Assembly: GCF_000010065.1 (NCBI RefSeq)
Contig: NC_006576.1
Location: forward strand, 510,001-542,000
Length of the DNA stretch: 32,000 bases
Source: Synechococcus elongatus PCC 6301
GTDB taxonomy: Bacteria > Cyanobacteriota > Cyanobacteriia > Synechococcales > Synechococcaceae
Direction of reading: 5' to 3'
Every line of letters begins with the position of its first letter. The first letter of the stretch is position 1. Position numbers and translations under genes: made by a program. The notes beneath the pieces are model-generated. The model had not been told where the DNA came from. It made no database searches and was given only the letters and a program-made list of their open reading frames with translations. This document shows, piece after piece, positions 1 through 11,174 of the stretch.

Positions 1-159
1 GCGAGTACGGATGATTTTGGGGTCAACTCCCAAGCCAAGGAAGCGATCGCGATCGCGGTTCTAGCCTATTGGCGACAGCACAACGTTCCTGGCAATTTGC
101 CGGCAGTGACTGGGGCGTCGGGTCCTGCCTTACTAGGCGATGTTTTTGCTCGAACCTAA
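1..159 (+). CDS. anmK: C-terminal end of anhydro-N-acetylmuramic acid kinase (partial, truncated by window start)
   Basis: Frame 1 is open from base 1 to TAA at 157-159: ASTDDFGVNSQAKEAIAIAVLAYWRQHNVPGNLPAVTGASGPALLGDVFART. The 'KEAIA.AVLA...GNLP.VTGA..P..LG' tail is typical of AnmK. Not in the supplied ORF track because its start lies outside the window. Confidence 0.75.
   Translation, partial: ASTDDFGVNSQAKEAIAIAVLAYWRQHNVPGNLPAVTGASGPALLGDVFART
43..56. repeat. Two overlapping HIP1 octamers (GCGATCGCGATCGC)
   Basis: GCGATCGC at 43-50 and 49-56. The same octamer recurs throughout the window, as expected for HIP1-rich cyanobacterial genomes. Confidence 0.9.
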
Positions 160-175
160 GCAGAGTTCTAATCCA

Positions 176-799
176 ATGCAGCCCCAGGAAACCGCAGCTC
201 GATATGACACCATTGCCCAATGGTGGCAAACGCAACATCAAGATTCACAGTATGGCCTTCGACAATTAGAGCGAGCAATTCAATTTGTCGATCCGACTCA
301 CCAGCCCAAGTTAGCTCTCGAGGTCGGCTGTGGTAGTAGTGGCCGCTTTATTGAGTGTCTGAGCAACAGAGGATTTCAGGTCGAAGGACTGGATATTTCC
401 ACTGCAATGATTGATTTGGCTCAGCAACTACATCCTGAAGTGACTTTCTACAGAGCAGATATCTGTGAGTGGATTCCTAGCAAGTCCTACAGCTTGATTG
501 TTGCTTGGGATAGTACCTTTCATCTACCGCTAGACCAACAAGCCCCTGTACACAGAAAACTCTGTGCTGCCCTAGAAGATCAGGGGATTTTGATGTTTAC
601 CTGTGGCGGTGGAGATCAAGCCGGTGAAATTGCTGGTGTATTCCAAGGTCAGGATTTTGAGTACAGCACCCTAGGAATTGATGCATTTCTGAAGCTCCTC
701 AGTGACTGCCACTGCACCTGTCTTCATCTTGAATACGATCAGTATCCTGAAAGGCATGTTTACGTGATCGCCAAAAAAGTTGGCGCTGCAATTCATTGA
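176..799 (+). CDS. Class I SAM-dependent methyltransferase
   Basis: Motif I-like LALEVGCGSSGRFIECL, then VEGLDIS and LIVAWDSTFHLPL. Track ORF starts at 140; the ATG at 176 (MQPQETAARYD) is the more likely start because it avoids overlapping anmK. Confidence 0.8.
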   Translation: MQPQETAARYDTIAQWWQTQHQDSQYGLRQLERAIQFVDPTHQPKLALEVGCGSSGRFIECLSNRGFQVEGLDISTAMIDLAQQLHPEVTFYRADICEWIPSKSYSLIVAWDSTFHLPLDQQAPVHRKLCAALEDQGILMFTCGGGDQAGEIAGVFQGQDFEYSTLGIDAFLKLLSDCHCTCLHLEYDQYPERHVYVIAKKVGAAIH

Positions 800-939
800 A
801 CAGACAATTAATCGACTCATAAAATCAGCCAGCTAATTGTCCTAAAACAAAAAGCTGGCCAATGTTAGATGGGTTTGAAACTGAATTGATGGCTGCTGAG
901 CCTCATTTTTCTGTTGCTGTACCCGCTCAGAGAGCAAAA

Positions 940-969
940 TCAAAAGGCGTGAGTCTTGACTCCAACGCC
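940..969 (-). terminator. Rho-independent terminator for the minus-strand gene ending at 991
   Basis: Minus strand: GGCGTTGGAGTCAAGACTCACGCC followed by TTTTG. Nested stem GGCGT/ACGCC plus GAGTC/GACTC. Confidence 0.6.
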
Positions 970-990
970 GTGACAGAAAAAGGCGCGAAA

Positions 991-1161
991 TTAGATGAAT
1001 TGCCCCAAGATCAACGCCGCAACACCTGAAAACACAGTGATACCTAATGCGGTCAGCGGCGACTGTCCTTGAGCGACTGCAAAGGTCGTGACCACTCCAG
1101 CACCAAGGGCGGCAATTAGGAATTGGTCAAGCAGTGCGCTGTTCAGGAAAGGTCGCTTCAT
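991..1161 (-). CDS. Small conserved-looking membrane protein (56 aa)
   Basis: MKRPFLNSALLDQFLIAALGAGVVTTFAVAQGQSPLTALGITVFSGVAALILGQFI, two hydrophobic segments. The N-terminal 64 residues of the 120-aa track ORF look like non-coding extension. A terminator follows. Confidence 0.55.
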   Translation of the reverse strand: MKRPFLNSALLDQFLIAALGAGVVTTFAVAQGQSPLTALGITVFSGVAALILGQFI

Positions 1162-1267
1162 GGCCGTGGGTGAATTGCATTCTGCGCTACAGATTACTGT
1201 TCGCTTAGGAAGCGATCGCGGCAGAATCCCCAGACTGTAATTAACGTTTGGGTTTCGCGACCTTTCG

Positions 1268-2431
1268 TTACAAGCTTGCTGGAACTGTGAAGCCACGTAA
1301 CGATTGTGCTCGTTCTTCAGGACTGAGGTTGAGCCCTTGCAACAAGACCCCAAAGTTTCCGAGTGCGGTGGGATCGAGCAACCGGTGTAGCACTTCGCGT
1401 CGCCGTAACAACTGACTCAGGTCTGATCCGGACTGTGGTTGGGAGAGTGCCATGAGGCGATCGCCCAAGCCCAGCGCCATCAGAAACAGAGCCTGTTCCG
1501 TAAAGGCCAAGCGTTTGAGCCCGAGCGCTTCGCCCCAGACTTCCAGCGCTGAAAAATTGACATGGGCCGTCAGATCTTGCTGCCCCGGCCGAGCATAGAG
1601 ATCGTTGTGAAAGCGTTGCTGCCAGTAGGCCTGAAGGGTGCCATCCGTGCGGCCAGCCGCGTAGTAGCGATCGCCGCTGTAGCCGTAATCGATCGTCAGC
1701 AAGTAGCCCCGCTGCAATCCCTGAACGACCTGAGCGAGCCACTGCTTCGCCGCCGGATGCACCTCCGTTCGGTAGCCCTCGGGCAGACGTGCGATCGCCG
1801 CTGCCAATCCCAAGTCTGCAAAGACATCAACAAGGTCAGGGCTCGACAGCGGTCCCAAGACTTCTTGCAGAACCCCCGCATTTTCCGTCACATAAATTTC
1901 TTGCCATTCACCCCCTTGCCACTGGATCCGATGCACCGGCAGGGCATCCACTAGCTCATTCGAGAAAGCCACACCGACGGTTGGCTGAGTGGCCCAGTCT
2001 TCCCAAGTCCACCAATCGACGCGATCGCGCCAGGGTTCTAGTCGCTCTTGCTGCTGCCGCCGCAGTTGGGGCGATCGCTCAATGATGCGATAGTGCAACG
2101 TTGCTTCTAACTCGGTTCCGGCGATCGCTGCTAAAAAGTCCCCTGCAAACTGGCCAGCGCCCGCCCCCATCTCGACCCAAACAAAGCGATCGGGTCGTCC
2201 GAGAACTTGCCAAAACTCTGCGGCTTGTACCGCCAGCAATTCGGCAAAATCAGCTGAAAGCGAGGGGGATGTGACAAAATCACCCCGATCGCCAAATTGC
2301 CCGGTGCGGCTGCTGTAGTAGCCCGACTCGGGATCGTAGAGCGCCCAGCTCATAAACTGCGCCATCGTCAAGCGGCGCTGGGGCTGGCTTTCCAACCATT
2401 CTAAGAGGCGATCGGGGATAGCCTGAGTCAT
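1268..2431 (-). CDS. SAM-dependent methyltransferase of the MidA/NDUFAF7 (COG1565) family
   Basis: MTMAQFMSWALYDPESGYYSSR..GDFVTSPSLS.DFAELLA...VEMGAGAGQFAGDFL...FSNELVDALPVHR...LTIDYGY, characteristic of the family. Confidence 0.85.
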   Translation of the reverse strand: MTQAIPDRLLEWLESQPQRRLTMAQFMSWALYDPESGYYSSRTGQFGDRGDFVTSPSLSADFAELLAVQAAEFWQVLGRPDRFVWVEMGAGAGQFAGDFLAAIAGTELEATLHYRIIERSPQLRRQQQERLEPWRDRVDWWTWEDWATQPTVGVAFSNELVDALPVHRIQWQGGEWQEIYVTENAGVLQEVLGPLSSPDLVDVFADLGLAAAIARLPEGYRTEVHPAAKQWLAQVVQGLQRGYLLTIDYGYSGDRYYAAGRTDGTLQAYWQQRFHNDLYARPGQQDLTAHVNFSALEVWGEALGLKRLAFTEQALFLMALGLGDRLMALSQPQSGSDLSQLLRRREVLHRLLDPTALGNFGVLLQGLNLSPEERAQSLRGFTVPASL

Positions 2432-2495
2432 CAGAGGGGAGTCCGCTTGCTACGATGAGAGTCTTATTAAGAATTGTGATTGTAGCTGCGTTGCC

Positions 2496-3326
2496 TTGTC
2501 CTTTTTCCGCGCCGTTCCGGTATTGCCCATGTTGACTTCCTGGCTTCCGAAACTCTGTGCTGCGATCGCGGCGCTTCTCTTCCTGCTCCCTGCCGCTCCC
2601 GCGCAGGCCTTTAATAATCCTGAGCTCCTGCCTGATAGCCCCACCCCGATCATCGACTTGGCTCGTGTGCTCACCGACACCCAAGAGCAACGACTAGCCC
2701 GAGAACTGAACCAGTTTGAAGATGAAACCGGCTGGAAGCTGCGGGTGCTGACTCAGTTCGATCGCACACCGGGGCTAGCCGTGCGTGACTTCTGGAATTT
2801 AGATGAGCGCAGCGTGCTGCTGATTGCAGATCAGCGGGGCGGTAACTTACTGAACTTCAACGTCGGTGAAGCCTTCTATGCCTTCATGCCGCGGACTTTC
2901 TGGGTTGAGTTACAAACGCGCTACGGCAACCAGTTCTACGTGCGCGACCATGGCGAAGACGGAGCAATTTTTGATTCTCTTCATTCGATTGAAGGCTGCC
3001 TGCGCCAGGGTGGCTGCAGTGTGGTGCCAGGGCTACCGCAAGAACAATGGGTTCTAACACTGGTCACCTCCGTCCTCGGCGGTTTGGTTTGTGGATTCAC
3101 AGCACACCCCCGCAAGCCCGGTCAGATCATCGCTTGGCAATGGGTGCTAATCTTCTCGCCGCTCTGGGGAATTTTGTTCATTGCCTTTGGCATTGGTCCA
3201 GTAATTACTCGCACCACTGACTGGCTGCCGCTCTTTCGGAATGTCGCGGGCTTCTTAGTTGGAGCCTTGGGCGCTTACTTGATCTATCAATTCCGCAGTT
3301 CGAATTCTTCTACGCCTGCTCAATAG
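2496..3326 (+). CDS. TPM domain (Psb32-like) thylakoid/membrane-associated protein
   Basis: Signal peptide, then DLARVLTDTQEQRLARELNQFEDETGWKLRVLTQFDRTPG...RSVLLIADQRGGNLLNFNVG and C-terminal TM segments. Confidence 0.8.
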   Translation: MSFFRAVPVLPMLTSWLPKLCAAIAALLFLLPAAPAQAFNNPELLPDSPTPIIDLARVLTDTQEQRLARELNQFEDETGWKLRVLTQFDRTPGLAVRDFWNLDERSVLLIADQRGGNLLNFNVGEAFYAFMPRTFWVELQTRYGNQFYVRDHGEDGAIFDSLHSIEGCLRQGGCSVVPGLPQEQWVLTLVTSVLGGLVCGFTAHPRKPGQIIAWQWVLIFSPLWGILFIAFGIGPVITRTTDWLPLFRNVAGFLVGALGAYLIYQFRSSNSSTPAQ

Positions 3327-3380
3327 CGATCGCTAGCGATGGCTGATGAAGGTCAGCTGTCACGACTCTATATTCAACAG

Positions 3381-3416
3381 AAAGCCTGTAATCCCGATCG
3401 TGGATTACAGGCTTTT
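3381..3416. terminator. Bidirectional Rho-independent terminator between convergent genes
   Basis: AAAGCCTGTAATCC-CGATCGT-GGATTACAGGCTTTT, perfect 14-bp stem between the TPM gene (+) and clpB (-). T-run after the stem on the plus strand, shorter on the minus strand. Confidence 0.85.
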
Positions 3417-3441
3417 ACTTCGCTCAAATTAGAGGGGGTGA

Positions 3442-6066
3442 TTAGCTCAGGGGAACCGCAGTTGGAGTTGCGATCGCCTTAAAGACGAGTCGTTCATTCT
3501 CCACAGCAACTTGAATCGTGTCGCCATCACTGAATTGCCCCCTGAGGATCGCCTTAGCGATCGCAGTTTCCAACTCTCGCTGAATGACTCGTTTGAGCGG
3601 ACGAGCTCCATAGACGGGATCAAAACCAATCTCAACCAAGAAATCGATCGCTTCTGGACTCATCGACAGCGATAATTTGCGATCGCTCAATCGTTCTTCA
3701 AGGCGATGCAGTTGAATCCGCACAATCTGCTGCAACTGATCCTTGCGCAGGCTGTGGAAGATGATTGTCTCATCGACCCGATTCAGAAATTCCGGTCGGA
3801 AATTAGCCCGCAGTGCTTCGGTGACACGGCTCCGCATTTCTTCGTAGCGGCTGTCATCGCCAGCCACATCGAGAATGTATTGCGAACCGATATTGCTGGT
3901 CAAAATCAAGATTGTATTCTTGAAGTCCACTGTTCGGCCGCGGCTATCGGTGACTCGACCATCATCGAGAATCTGCAACATGACGTTGAAGACATCTGGA
4001 TGGGCCTTCTCAATCTCATCAAAGAGGATGACGGAATAGGGACGCCGCCGCACCGCTTCCGTGAGTTGGCCGCCTTCGTCATAGCCGACGTAGCCCGGAG
4101 GCGCGCCGATTAGCCGCGAAACCGCGTGTTTCTCCATGTACTCCGACATATCAATGCGAATCATCGCGTCTTCAGTGTCGAAGAGATAGGCAGCTAGGGC
4201 TTTGGCCAACTCGGTTTTACCAACCCCTGTAGGGCCCAAGAAGATGAAGCTCGCGATCGGGCGTTTCGGATCAGACAACCCAGCTCGCGATCGCTGAATT
4301 GCATCCGCGACAGCAGAAACCGCTTCTTCTTGGCCAATCACCCGTTGATGCAGTTCTTCATCGAGATTGAGGAGCTTTTGCATCTCTGACTCAACCAGCT
4401 TGCTGACAGGAATCCCCGTCCACTTAGAGATGATTTCAGCAATGTCAACCTCTGTCACTTCTTCGCGCAGCAGAGACTTGCCACTGGTGTGGGTCGTCGC
4501 TAAACCGCCCTCCATTTCGTTGAGCTTGCGCTGCAGTTCTGTCAGTTTGCCGTACTTCAGCTCAGCTGCTTTGTTCAGGTCGTAATCTCGCTCAGCCTGT
4601 TGCATTAGCAAGTTAACCTGATCAATCTCTTCCTTGACGGATTGGATATCAGTAATAACATCCTTTTCAGCTTGCCATTGACTGCTTAAACTCCGCTGCT
4701 CTTCTTTTAGGTCGGCCAACTCTTTTTCTAGCCGTTGCAGACGTTCCTGTGAGGCAAGATCACTCTCTTTTTGCAAGGAGAGTCGTTCCATTTCGAGCTG
4801 GAGAATCTTGCGATCGATCTCATCTAATTCTTCTGGCTTTGAAGTGATTTCCATCTTGAGTCGAGCCGCCGACTCATCGACTAAATCAATCGCCTTATCT
4901 GGCAAGAAGCGATCGCTGATGTAGCGGGTCGAGAGGACAGCAGCAGCGACAAGAGCGTTGTCAGAAATACGGACGCCATGATGCACTTCATAGCGCTCTT
5001 TTAAGCCACGCAAAATCGAGATCGTATCTTCTACCGTAGGTTGATCGACAAAGACCTGTTGGAAGCGTCGTTCAAGAGCCGCATCCTTCTCAATATATTG
5101 GCGATATTCATCTAGTGTGGTTGCCCCAATACAGCGCAATTCTCCCCGCGCCAGCATCGGCTTCAGTAAGTTGCCAGCATCCATGGAGCCTTGGACCGCT
5201 CCAGCACCAACCACCGTATGAATCTCATCAATAAAGAGGATAATGATGCCTTCAGAGTCAGTGACTTCCTTGAGGACTGCTTTCAGGCGTTCTTCAAACT
5301 CACCCCGGAATTTAGCACCTGCAATTAAGGCACCCATGTCCAAAGCAATCAGCCGCCGATCCTTGAGGGATTGCGGGACATCACCATTAATAATCCGCTG
5401 GGCTAATCCTTCTGCGATCGCAGTTTTGCCAACCCCAGGCTCGCCAATCAAGACCGGATTATTCTTGGTGCGCCGACTGAGAATCTGAATAGTGCGACGG
5501 ATTTCATCATCGCGGCCAATGACGGGATCGAGCTTGCCACGACGCGCCATTTCAGTCAGGTCACGCCCATATTTTTCGAGGGCTTCGTATTTACCTTCAG
5601 GGTTTTGATCAGTCACTTTTTGGCTGCCTCGAATCTGTTGAATAATCTGACGGAGCTGCTTCTCGTCAACCTTGAATTCTTGACTGAGCAAGCGCCCAAA
5701 ACGGGAATCGCGGGGAAAGCTGAGGATGAGGTGCTCAACCGAAATAAATTCATCCCCAAAGTCCTTGCGAAACTGATCCGCCTGATCGAGGAGTTGATCG
5801 AGCGATCGCCCCAGATAAACCGACTGATTACCCCCACTCACCTTTGGCTGGCGGGCAATAAACCGCTCTGTAAACTGCTGTAGTTGTGCCGCTTCTAACC
5901 CTGCTTTCTTGAGGATATTCAGAGCCAGCCCTGGTCCTTGAAGCAAGGCCAAAAACAGATGTTCTGATTCAATTTGCTGATGCTGAGCTTGTTTCGCAAC
6001 ATCAGTTGTGCGAACGATCGCTTCCCAGGCTTTTTCAGTAAATTGATTGGGATTCGTCGGTTGCAT
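3442..6066 (-). CDS. clpB: ATP-dependent chaperone ClpB (Hsp100)
   Basis: [17 protein letters not shown]...; two Walker A sites ([30 protein letters not shown]), middle coiled-coil domain and Clp C-terminal signatures. Start chosen at ATG 6066 rather than the track start 6093. Confidence 0.97.
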   Translation of the reverse strand: MQPTNPNQFTEKAWEAIVRTTDVAKQAQHQQIESEHLFLALLQGPGLALNILKKAGLEAAQLQQFTERFIARQPKVSGGNQSVYLGRSLDQLLDQADQFRKDFGDEFISVEHLILSFPRDSRFGRLLSQEFKVDEKQLRQIIQQIRGSQKVTDQNPEGKYEALEKYGRDLTEMARRGKLDPVIGRDDEIRRTIQILSRRTKNNPVLIGEPGVGKTAIAEGLAQRIINGDVPQSLKDRRLIALDMGALIAGAKFRGEFEERLKAVLKEVTDSEGIIILFIDEIHTVVGAGAVQGSMDAGNLLKPMLARGELRCIGATTLDEYRQYIEKDAALERRFQQVFVDQPTVEDTISILRGLKERYEVHHGVRISDNALVAAAVLSTRYISDRFLPDKAIDLVDESAARLKMEITSKPEELDEIDRKILQLEMERLSLQKESDLASQERLQRLEKELADLKEEQRSLSSQWQAEKDVITDIQSVKEEIDQVNLLMQQAERDYDLNKAAELKYGKLTELQRKLNEMEGGLATTHTSGKSLLREEVTEVDIAEIISKWTGIPVSKLVESEMQKLLNLDEELHQRVIGQEEAVSAVADAIQRSRAGLSDPKRPIASFIFLGPTGVGKTELAKALAAYLFDTEDAMIRIDMSEYMEKHAVSRLIGAPPGYVGYDEGGQLTEAVRRRPYSVILFDEIEKAHPDVFNVMLQILDDGRVTDSRGRTVDFKNTILILTSNIGSQYILDVAGDDSRYEEMRSRVTEALRANFRPEFLNRVDETIIFHSLRKDQLQQIVRIQLHRLEERLSDRKLSLSMSPEAIDFLVEIGFDPVYGARPLKRVIQRELETAIAKAILRGQFSDGDTIQVAVENERLVFKAIATPTAVPLS

Positions 6067-6171
6067 GGTGAGAAGTTCCAGCGATGAACCCATTTTAGGC
6101 AGGGGCGACCGCTTGCCCAGATCGGAGATCCGGCCAGTGCTCGAGCGAAATCCGTCTTTTGAATCGCCAGT

Positions 6172-6199
6172 AAAAAGCCCCTACTCTGCAGTAGAGGCT
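6172..6199 (-). terminator. Rho-independent terminator downstream of petE
   Basis: Minus strand AGCCTCTAC-TGCAGA-GTAGGGGCT followed by TTTT: 9-bp stem with one G-U wobble. Confidence 0.75.
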
Positions 6200-6232
6200 G
6201 TTGAGAACAATCGTTAGATCTGAAGCAAAAGA

Positions 6233-6610
6233 TTACTGGACCACGATTTTGCCAACCATGCCAGCGCCGCGGTGGGGCTCGCAGTAGTAGGTGTAGGTGC
6301 CAGGCTCGCTGAAGGTAGCTTCAAAGGTTTCGCCAGGCGAGAAGGCGAGATCTTTGTGAGAGAGTTCCGGTTGGCCCTCGACCACAACGTTGTGGGGCGC
6401 CAGTTTATTGTTGACCCACTGGACCGTGTCGCCCGCTTGGATCTCGATGGTCGAGGGTTCAAACGCCAGCATGCCGTTGTCTGCGCCCATTTTGATCGCA
6501 ACGGTCTGAGCAGATGCCGGTGCTGCCGAGAGGAAGAAGCTACCGACGCAGAGCACAGCAGCAACAGCGAAGAGGCTGAGGCGGCGTGCAAAAGAAGCCA
6601 AAACTTTCAT
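6233..6610 (-). CDS. petE: Plastocyanin
   Basis: Signal peptide ending ASA, then [42 protein letters not shown]...[20 protein letters not shown]. Type I copper ligands His, Cys, His and Met are present. Confidence 0.97.
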
Positions 6611-6638
6611 GATTAAGGTTCAGTCAAATGCCGTGGAT

Positions 6639-7613
6639 CTATTTTACGCTAAGGCGCTGGCGAGACTTGAATCCACTAACGCGGAACAGGTCAGCCAAGC
6701 TGTTGACGTAGGGCACCATGCCAAACTGGGCGGGATTCACCGGATTGGTGTGGGTGAAATGCCGATAATTGATACAAAATCGATCCCAATCGGTCATCTG
6801 AATGCGGAAGACCTTGATGAAGAAATCGACCAAGCCCCGCGTCAACGGAATCTGGAACCAAATGCGCAAGCCAAAGTAGTCGCAGGCTTGGCGAACCGCA
6901 TCATCCAAGGTGATGGCAGAGGTGCCCAACACGAACTTCCGGACACCCGGTTCTGCTGGAGGGTGAGCAATCAAATAACGAACGACTTGGGCAATATCGT
7001 AGGCATGAACAATGTGGAAACTGGCTTCACCTTTGAAGAAGCGAATCAGCCAGAGCCACTTGACGACATCCTGTAACCCCGCCGTTAGGAAGGACGATCG
7101 CTTGCCATCACTACCGCCACCAAAGACAAGAGTGGGGAAGACTGCCGTCACCTTGGGCGCGATCGCGAGGTTCTCGATTTCCTGCAGACCCTGATACTTG
7201 GTGCGGATGTAATCAGTCCCATAGAGCGCTGCTTCGGGCAGCAACTCATTGTTGTGGCCGAGGACACTCTCGGTCGAGAAGTAGATGACCTGTTGGCAAC
7301 GCTCGGGATCAAGGCTACTTAGCAGTGTGACGACCTGCTGGACATTGACCTGTTGTGTTGCCTCAGCACCACCCCAAGCTGCAGCCGTCAAAACAGCAAT
7401 GTCGATGGTTTGCAGTAGCTCGTGGAAGCGATCGATGTCCGCCATATCGGCTTCGATCACCTCCACTCCGGGCCGACGCTTGACATCAATCGTCAGCTTC
7501 TGGCGATCGCGGACGAGCAGAAACAGCTCATAGTCTGTGTTGAGCAGCAACGTTTCCGTCAGATAGTGGCCGACACAGCCGCTGGCCCCAGTGATGAAGA
7601 CGCGCTTACTCAC
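6639..7613 (-). CDS. NAD(P)-dependent epimerase/dehydratase (extended SDR)
   Basis: MSKRVFITGASGCVGHYL (GxxGxxG) and YIRTKYQGL (YxxxK). Confidence 0.85.
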   Translation of the reverse strand: MSKRVFITGASGCVGHYLTETLLLNTDYELFLLVRDRQKLTIDVKRRPGVEVIEADMADIDRFHELLQTIDIAVLTAAAWGGAEATQQVNVQQVVTLLSSLDPERCQQVIYFSTESVLGHNNELLPEAALYGTDYIRTKYQGLQEIENLAIAPKVTAVFPTLVFGGGSDGKRSSFLTAGLQDVVKWLWLIRFFKGEASFHIVHAYDIAQVVRYLIAHPPAEPGVRKFVLGTSAITLDDAVRQACDYFGLRIWFQIPLTRGLVDFFIKVFRIQMTDWDRFCINYRHFTHTNPVNPAQFGMVPYVNSLADLFRVSGFKSRQRLSVK

Positions 7614-7634
7614 CCAGTGATTGCCTCTCGCAAG

Positions 7635-8699
7635 TTAGTGACTCGCTGCCAAGAGTTGATCGAGGTTTTTGGCCGTCTCAAAGAAGTGACGGGCATTATC
7701 CTCAGGAGTCCCGGGCAGGATGCCGTGGCCCAAGTTGAGAATGTGCCGCTGATTGCCAGCTTTACGCACCGTGTCCAAAATGCGATCGCGGATGAAATCT
7801 TGAGAGCCAAACAGCACACCCGGATCGATGTTGCCTTGCAGGCCGATATCCGGACCCAAGCGGCGGCGAGCATCGAGCAAATCAACCGTCCAATCGACGC
7901 TGACGATATCGCAGCCCGACTGGCCCATCCGCTCCAGTACGCCAGCACTACCGCTGATGTAGAGAATTAAGGGCACTTCAGGGTGTTTTGCCTTCACTTG
8001 CTGGAAGACACGCTGCTGATAAGGCAGAGCGAAGGTGTCGTAATCGATCGGGCTCAGCTGACCGGCCCAAGAATCGAACAGCTGAACAACCTGCGCACCA
8101 CAGTCAATTTGGTGGCAGAGGTAGATGGCAATGTTGTCGGCTAGCTTGCCCAACAACTCATGCAGGATCGTCGGTTCCGAAAAGGCAAGGTGCTTGATGT
8201 TGGCGTAGGTTTTCGAGCTTTTACCTTCGATCGCATAGGCCGCGAGAGTCCATGGCGCACCGGCAAACCCTAGCACGGCGGCTTCGTTGCCGACTTCCTG
8301 ACGAAGGGTTTCCAAAATTGGACGAATGAAAGGCGTGGCTTCTTCCGGATCGAGATCATGCACTGCTGCCACTTGTTCAGCCGTGCGGATCGGCGGCTCC
8401 AGAATCGGGCCTTTGCTCTCAATGATGTCGAAGGGAATGCCCATGCCCGGCAAGGGCGTCAGGATATCCGAGAACAGGATGACGCCGTCGGGCTTGAAAG
8501 CGCGGAACGGTTGCAGCGAAATTTCGATCGCCAGTTCCGGCGTTTCCGAACGCTCACGGAAGCCAGGGTACTTGTCCCGCAGATCGCGATAGACCTTCAT
8601 GTAGCGACCAGCTTGGCGCATCATCCACACGGGTGGGCGATCGAGAACCTCGCCACGGGCAGCGCGCAAAAGTCGGGGGAGCGAAGACGACGCGACCAT
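7635..8699 (-). CDS. hemE: Uroporphyrinogen decarboxylase
   Basis: [42 protein letters not shown]: signature URO-D motifs. Confidence 0.97.
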
Positions 8700-8758
8700 G
8701 AAACCTACAGAGTAGAGGAGCGAACGCCAGTGGGTTCCGCCAGTCTGGCAATTTCGAA

Positions 8759-11083
8759 TTATAGGGGACTGTTGGCAGCCTCACTCAGGGATTCTGGGCC
8801 AGAGGCCAGTTCAAGCACGAGGGTCGTCAGCGGTGGCAGACAGAGATCAAGGGAATAGGGCCGATTGTGGCAAGACCATTCATCAGTCCATTTGCCACCC
8901 AGATTACCCATGTTGCTGCCGCCGTAGGAGCGGGCATCACTGTTAAAGATCTCGCGGTAGAAACCGGCAACCGGTACCCCAATTCGGTAGTGGGCATGGG
9001 GCTGGGGTGTGAAATTACAGACCACCACCAAGAAGCGATCGCTCTCGTGGGCGCGGCGAATAAACGAGACGATGCTGTGACGATTGTCGCTACAGTCAAT
9101 CCACTCAAAACCGGCTTGATTGCAGTCCTCGCTGTAGAGTGCGGGCGCATTGCGATAGAGGTGATTGAGGTCTTTAACGAATTGTTTCAGACCCTGATGG
9201 GGTTCGTACTGGAGCAGGTGCCACTCCAGATCGCCCCAGACATTCCACTCCGCCCACTGACCGAACTCCATGCCCATGAATAGGGTCTTCTTACCAGGGT
9301 GGGTGAACATGTAGCCCAACAGGCACCGGAGGTTGGCGAACTTCTGCCATTCATCGCCGGGCATTTTGCCAATCAGATTGCTTTTGCCATGGACGACTTC
9401 GTCGTGGCTGAGCGCCAGCATGAAGTTCTCACTGAAGGCGTACCAAATGCTGAAGGTGACGTTGTTTTGGTGGAACTGGCGGAACCAAGGATCCATGCTG
9501 AAGTAGTCCAGCATGTCGTGCATCCAGCCCATATTCCACTTGAGGTTGAAGCCCAAGCCGCCGACATAGGTGGGCCAAGAGACCATTGGCCAGGACGTCG
9601 ATTCTTCTGCGATCGACAGTGCACCGGGGAAGTAACTGAAGATCAGGTGGTTGACCTGGCGCAGGAAGTCCGCCGCTTCAATGTTTTCGCGCCCACCGTA
9701 CTCATTGGGGATCCACTCACCTTCCTTGCGGTTGTAGTCGAGGTAGAGCATCGAGGCGACGGCATCGACCCGAATGCCATCGATGTGGTACTTGTCGAAC
9801 CAAAACAGGGCATTGGCTGCAAGGAAGTTGCGCACTTCGTGGCGACCGTAGTTGAAGACCAGGGTGCCCCATTCGCGGTGCTCGCCTTGGCGTGAGTCGG
9901 CGTGCTCATAGAGGTGGGTGCCATCGAAGAAGGCGAGGCCATGGCCGTCTTTGGGGAAGTGGCCGGGCACCCAGTCGAGAATGACGCCGATCCCGTTTTG
10001 ATGGCAGCGATCGACGAAGTACATGAAGTCTTCGGGGCTGCCGTAGCGACTGGTGGCGGCATAGTAGCCGGTGACCTGATAGCCCCAAGAACCATCGAAG
10101 GGATGTTCCGCGATCGGCAGCAGCTCGATGTGGCTATAGCCCAGATCGAGCACGTAGGGAATCAGGCGATCGGCCAATTCCCGATAGGTGAGGAAGCGGG
10201 CCCCTGGCTTGAGATCGGCAACGGGGACCGGTGGTAGTGGCTTGCCTTGAGCGTCCGTCGCGATCGCATCTGAACTGGCATGCATCCACGAGCCAAGGTG
10301 CACTTCATAGACCGAGATCGGCTGCCGCAAGGGCTCTTGATGCCGGCGGCGTTCCAGCCAATCCGCATCCCCCCAGGTGTAGCGATCGAGATCGGCAACA
10401 ATTGATGCAGTCTTGGGACGAACTTCCTGCTGGAAACCATAGGGGTCACTTTTTTCGTAGATGTGACCGTCGTAGTTTTTGATCTCGTACTTGTAGGCAG
10501 CACCTACCGTGAGTTCGGGAATGAACAGTTCCCAGATGCCATTGCTGCGCCGCGCCATCTGATGCTTGCGGCCATCCCAGCTATTGAAATCACCCAGAAT
10601 GGAGACATTACGGGCACTGGGAGCCCAAACGGCGAAGTTAACGCCAGCCACGTTTTCAAGCTCGCAGGGGTGAGCCCCCAGTTTTTCGTAGATGCGGTGG
10701 TGATTACCCTCTGCAAACAGGTGGATGTCATAGTCCGTCAGCAAGGGCGATCGGAAGGCATAGGGATCGTAGATAATCCGCTCGCGTTCTCCCTCTGTAA
10801 TGCGCAGTTGATAGATCTCCAGAGTCTCTTCTGGGACCCAAGTCTCAAAAAAATGGGGATGATGCACCGGGTGCATCGCAAATTCGCGGCGCAAGGCTGG
10901 ACAGATCACAGCAGCTTCTTGCGCCTCGGGTAGATAGGCGCGAATCACCCACCCGGCTTGACCTTCGTGCTCGTAGGGATGAGGGCCCAGAATATCGAAA
11001 GGATTTTGCTCTTGATTACTGGCAATGCGATTGACCTGCTCGACGGATAGGCTGCTGGAGGGGAGCGGGGTCGTACCAGTCAT
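8759..11083 (-). CDS. glgB: 1,4-alpha-glucan branching enzyme (GH13)
   Basis: [54 protein letters not shown]; N-terminal CBM48-like region. Confidence 0.97.
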
Positions 11084-11174
11084 AGGGTTACGCAGGAAGG
11101 ATCAGGGTCAGGCTAGCCCAAATAGGCCAGAGTCCTAGTCACTGTAGCAATCCGACTCGACTCTGCTGCAGTTC

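Noticed and set aside
23-241. Track ORFs at 23-241 and 69-269
   Set aside because: Antisense or out of frame to the clear AnmK C-terminus and the following methyltransferase.
9299-9895. 198-aa plus-strand ORF antisense to glgB (and several others 8867-10482)
   Set aside because: Overlaps the conserved catalytic GH13 region; composition is a by-product of codon bias on the real strand.
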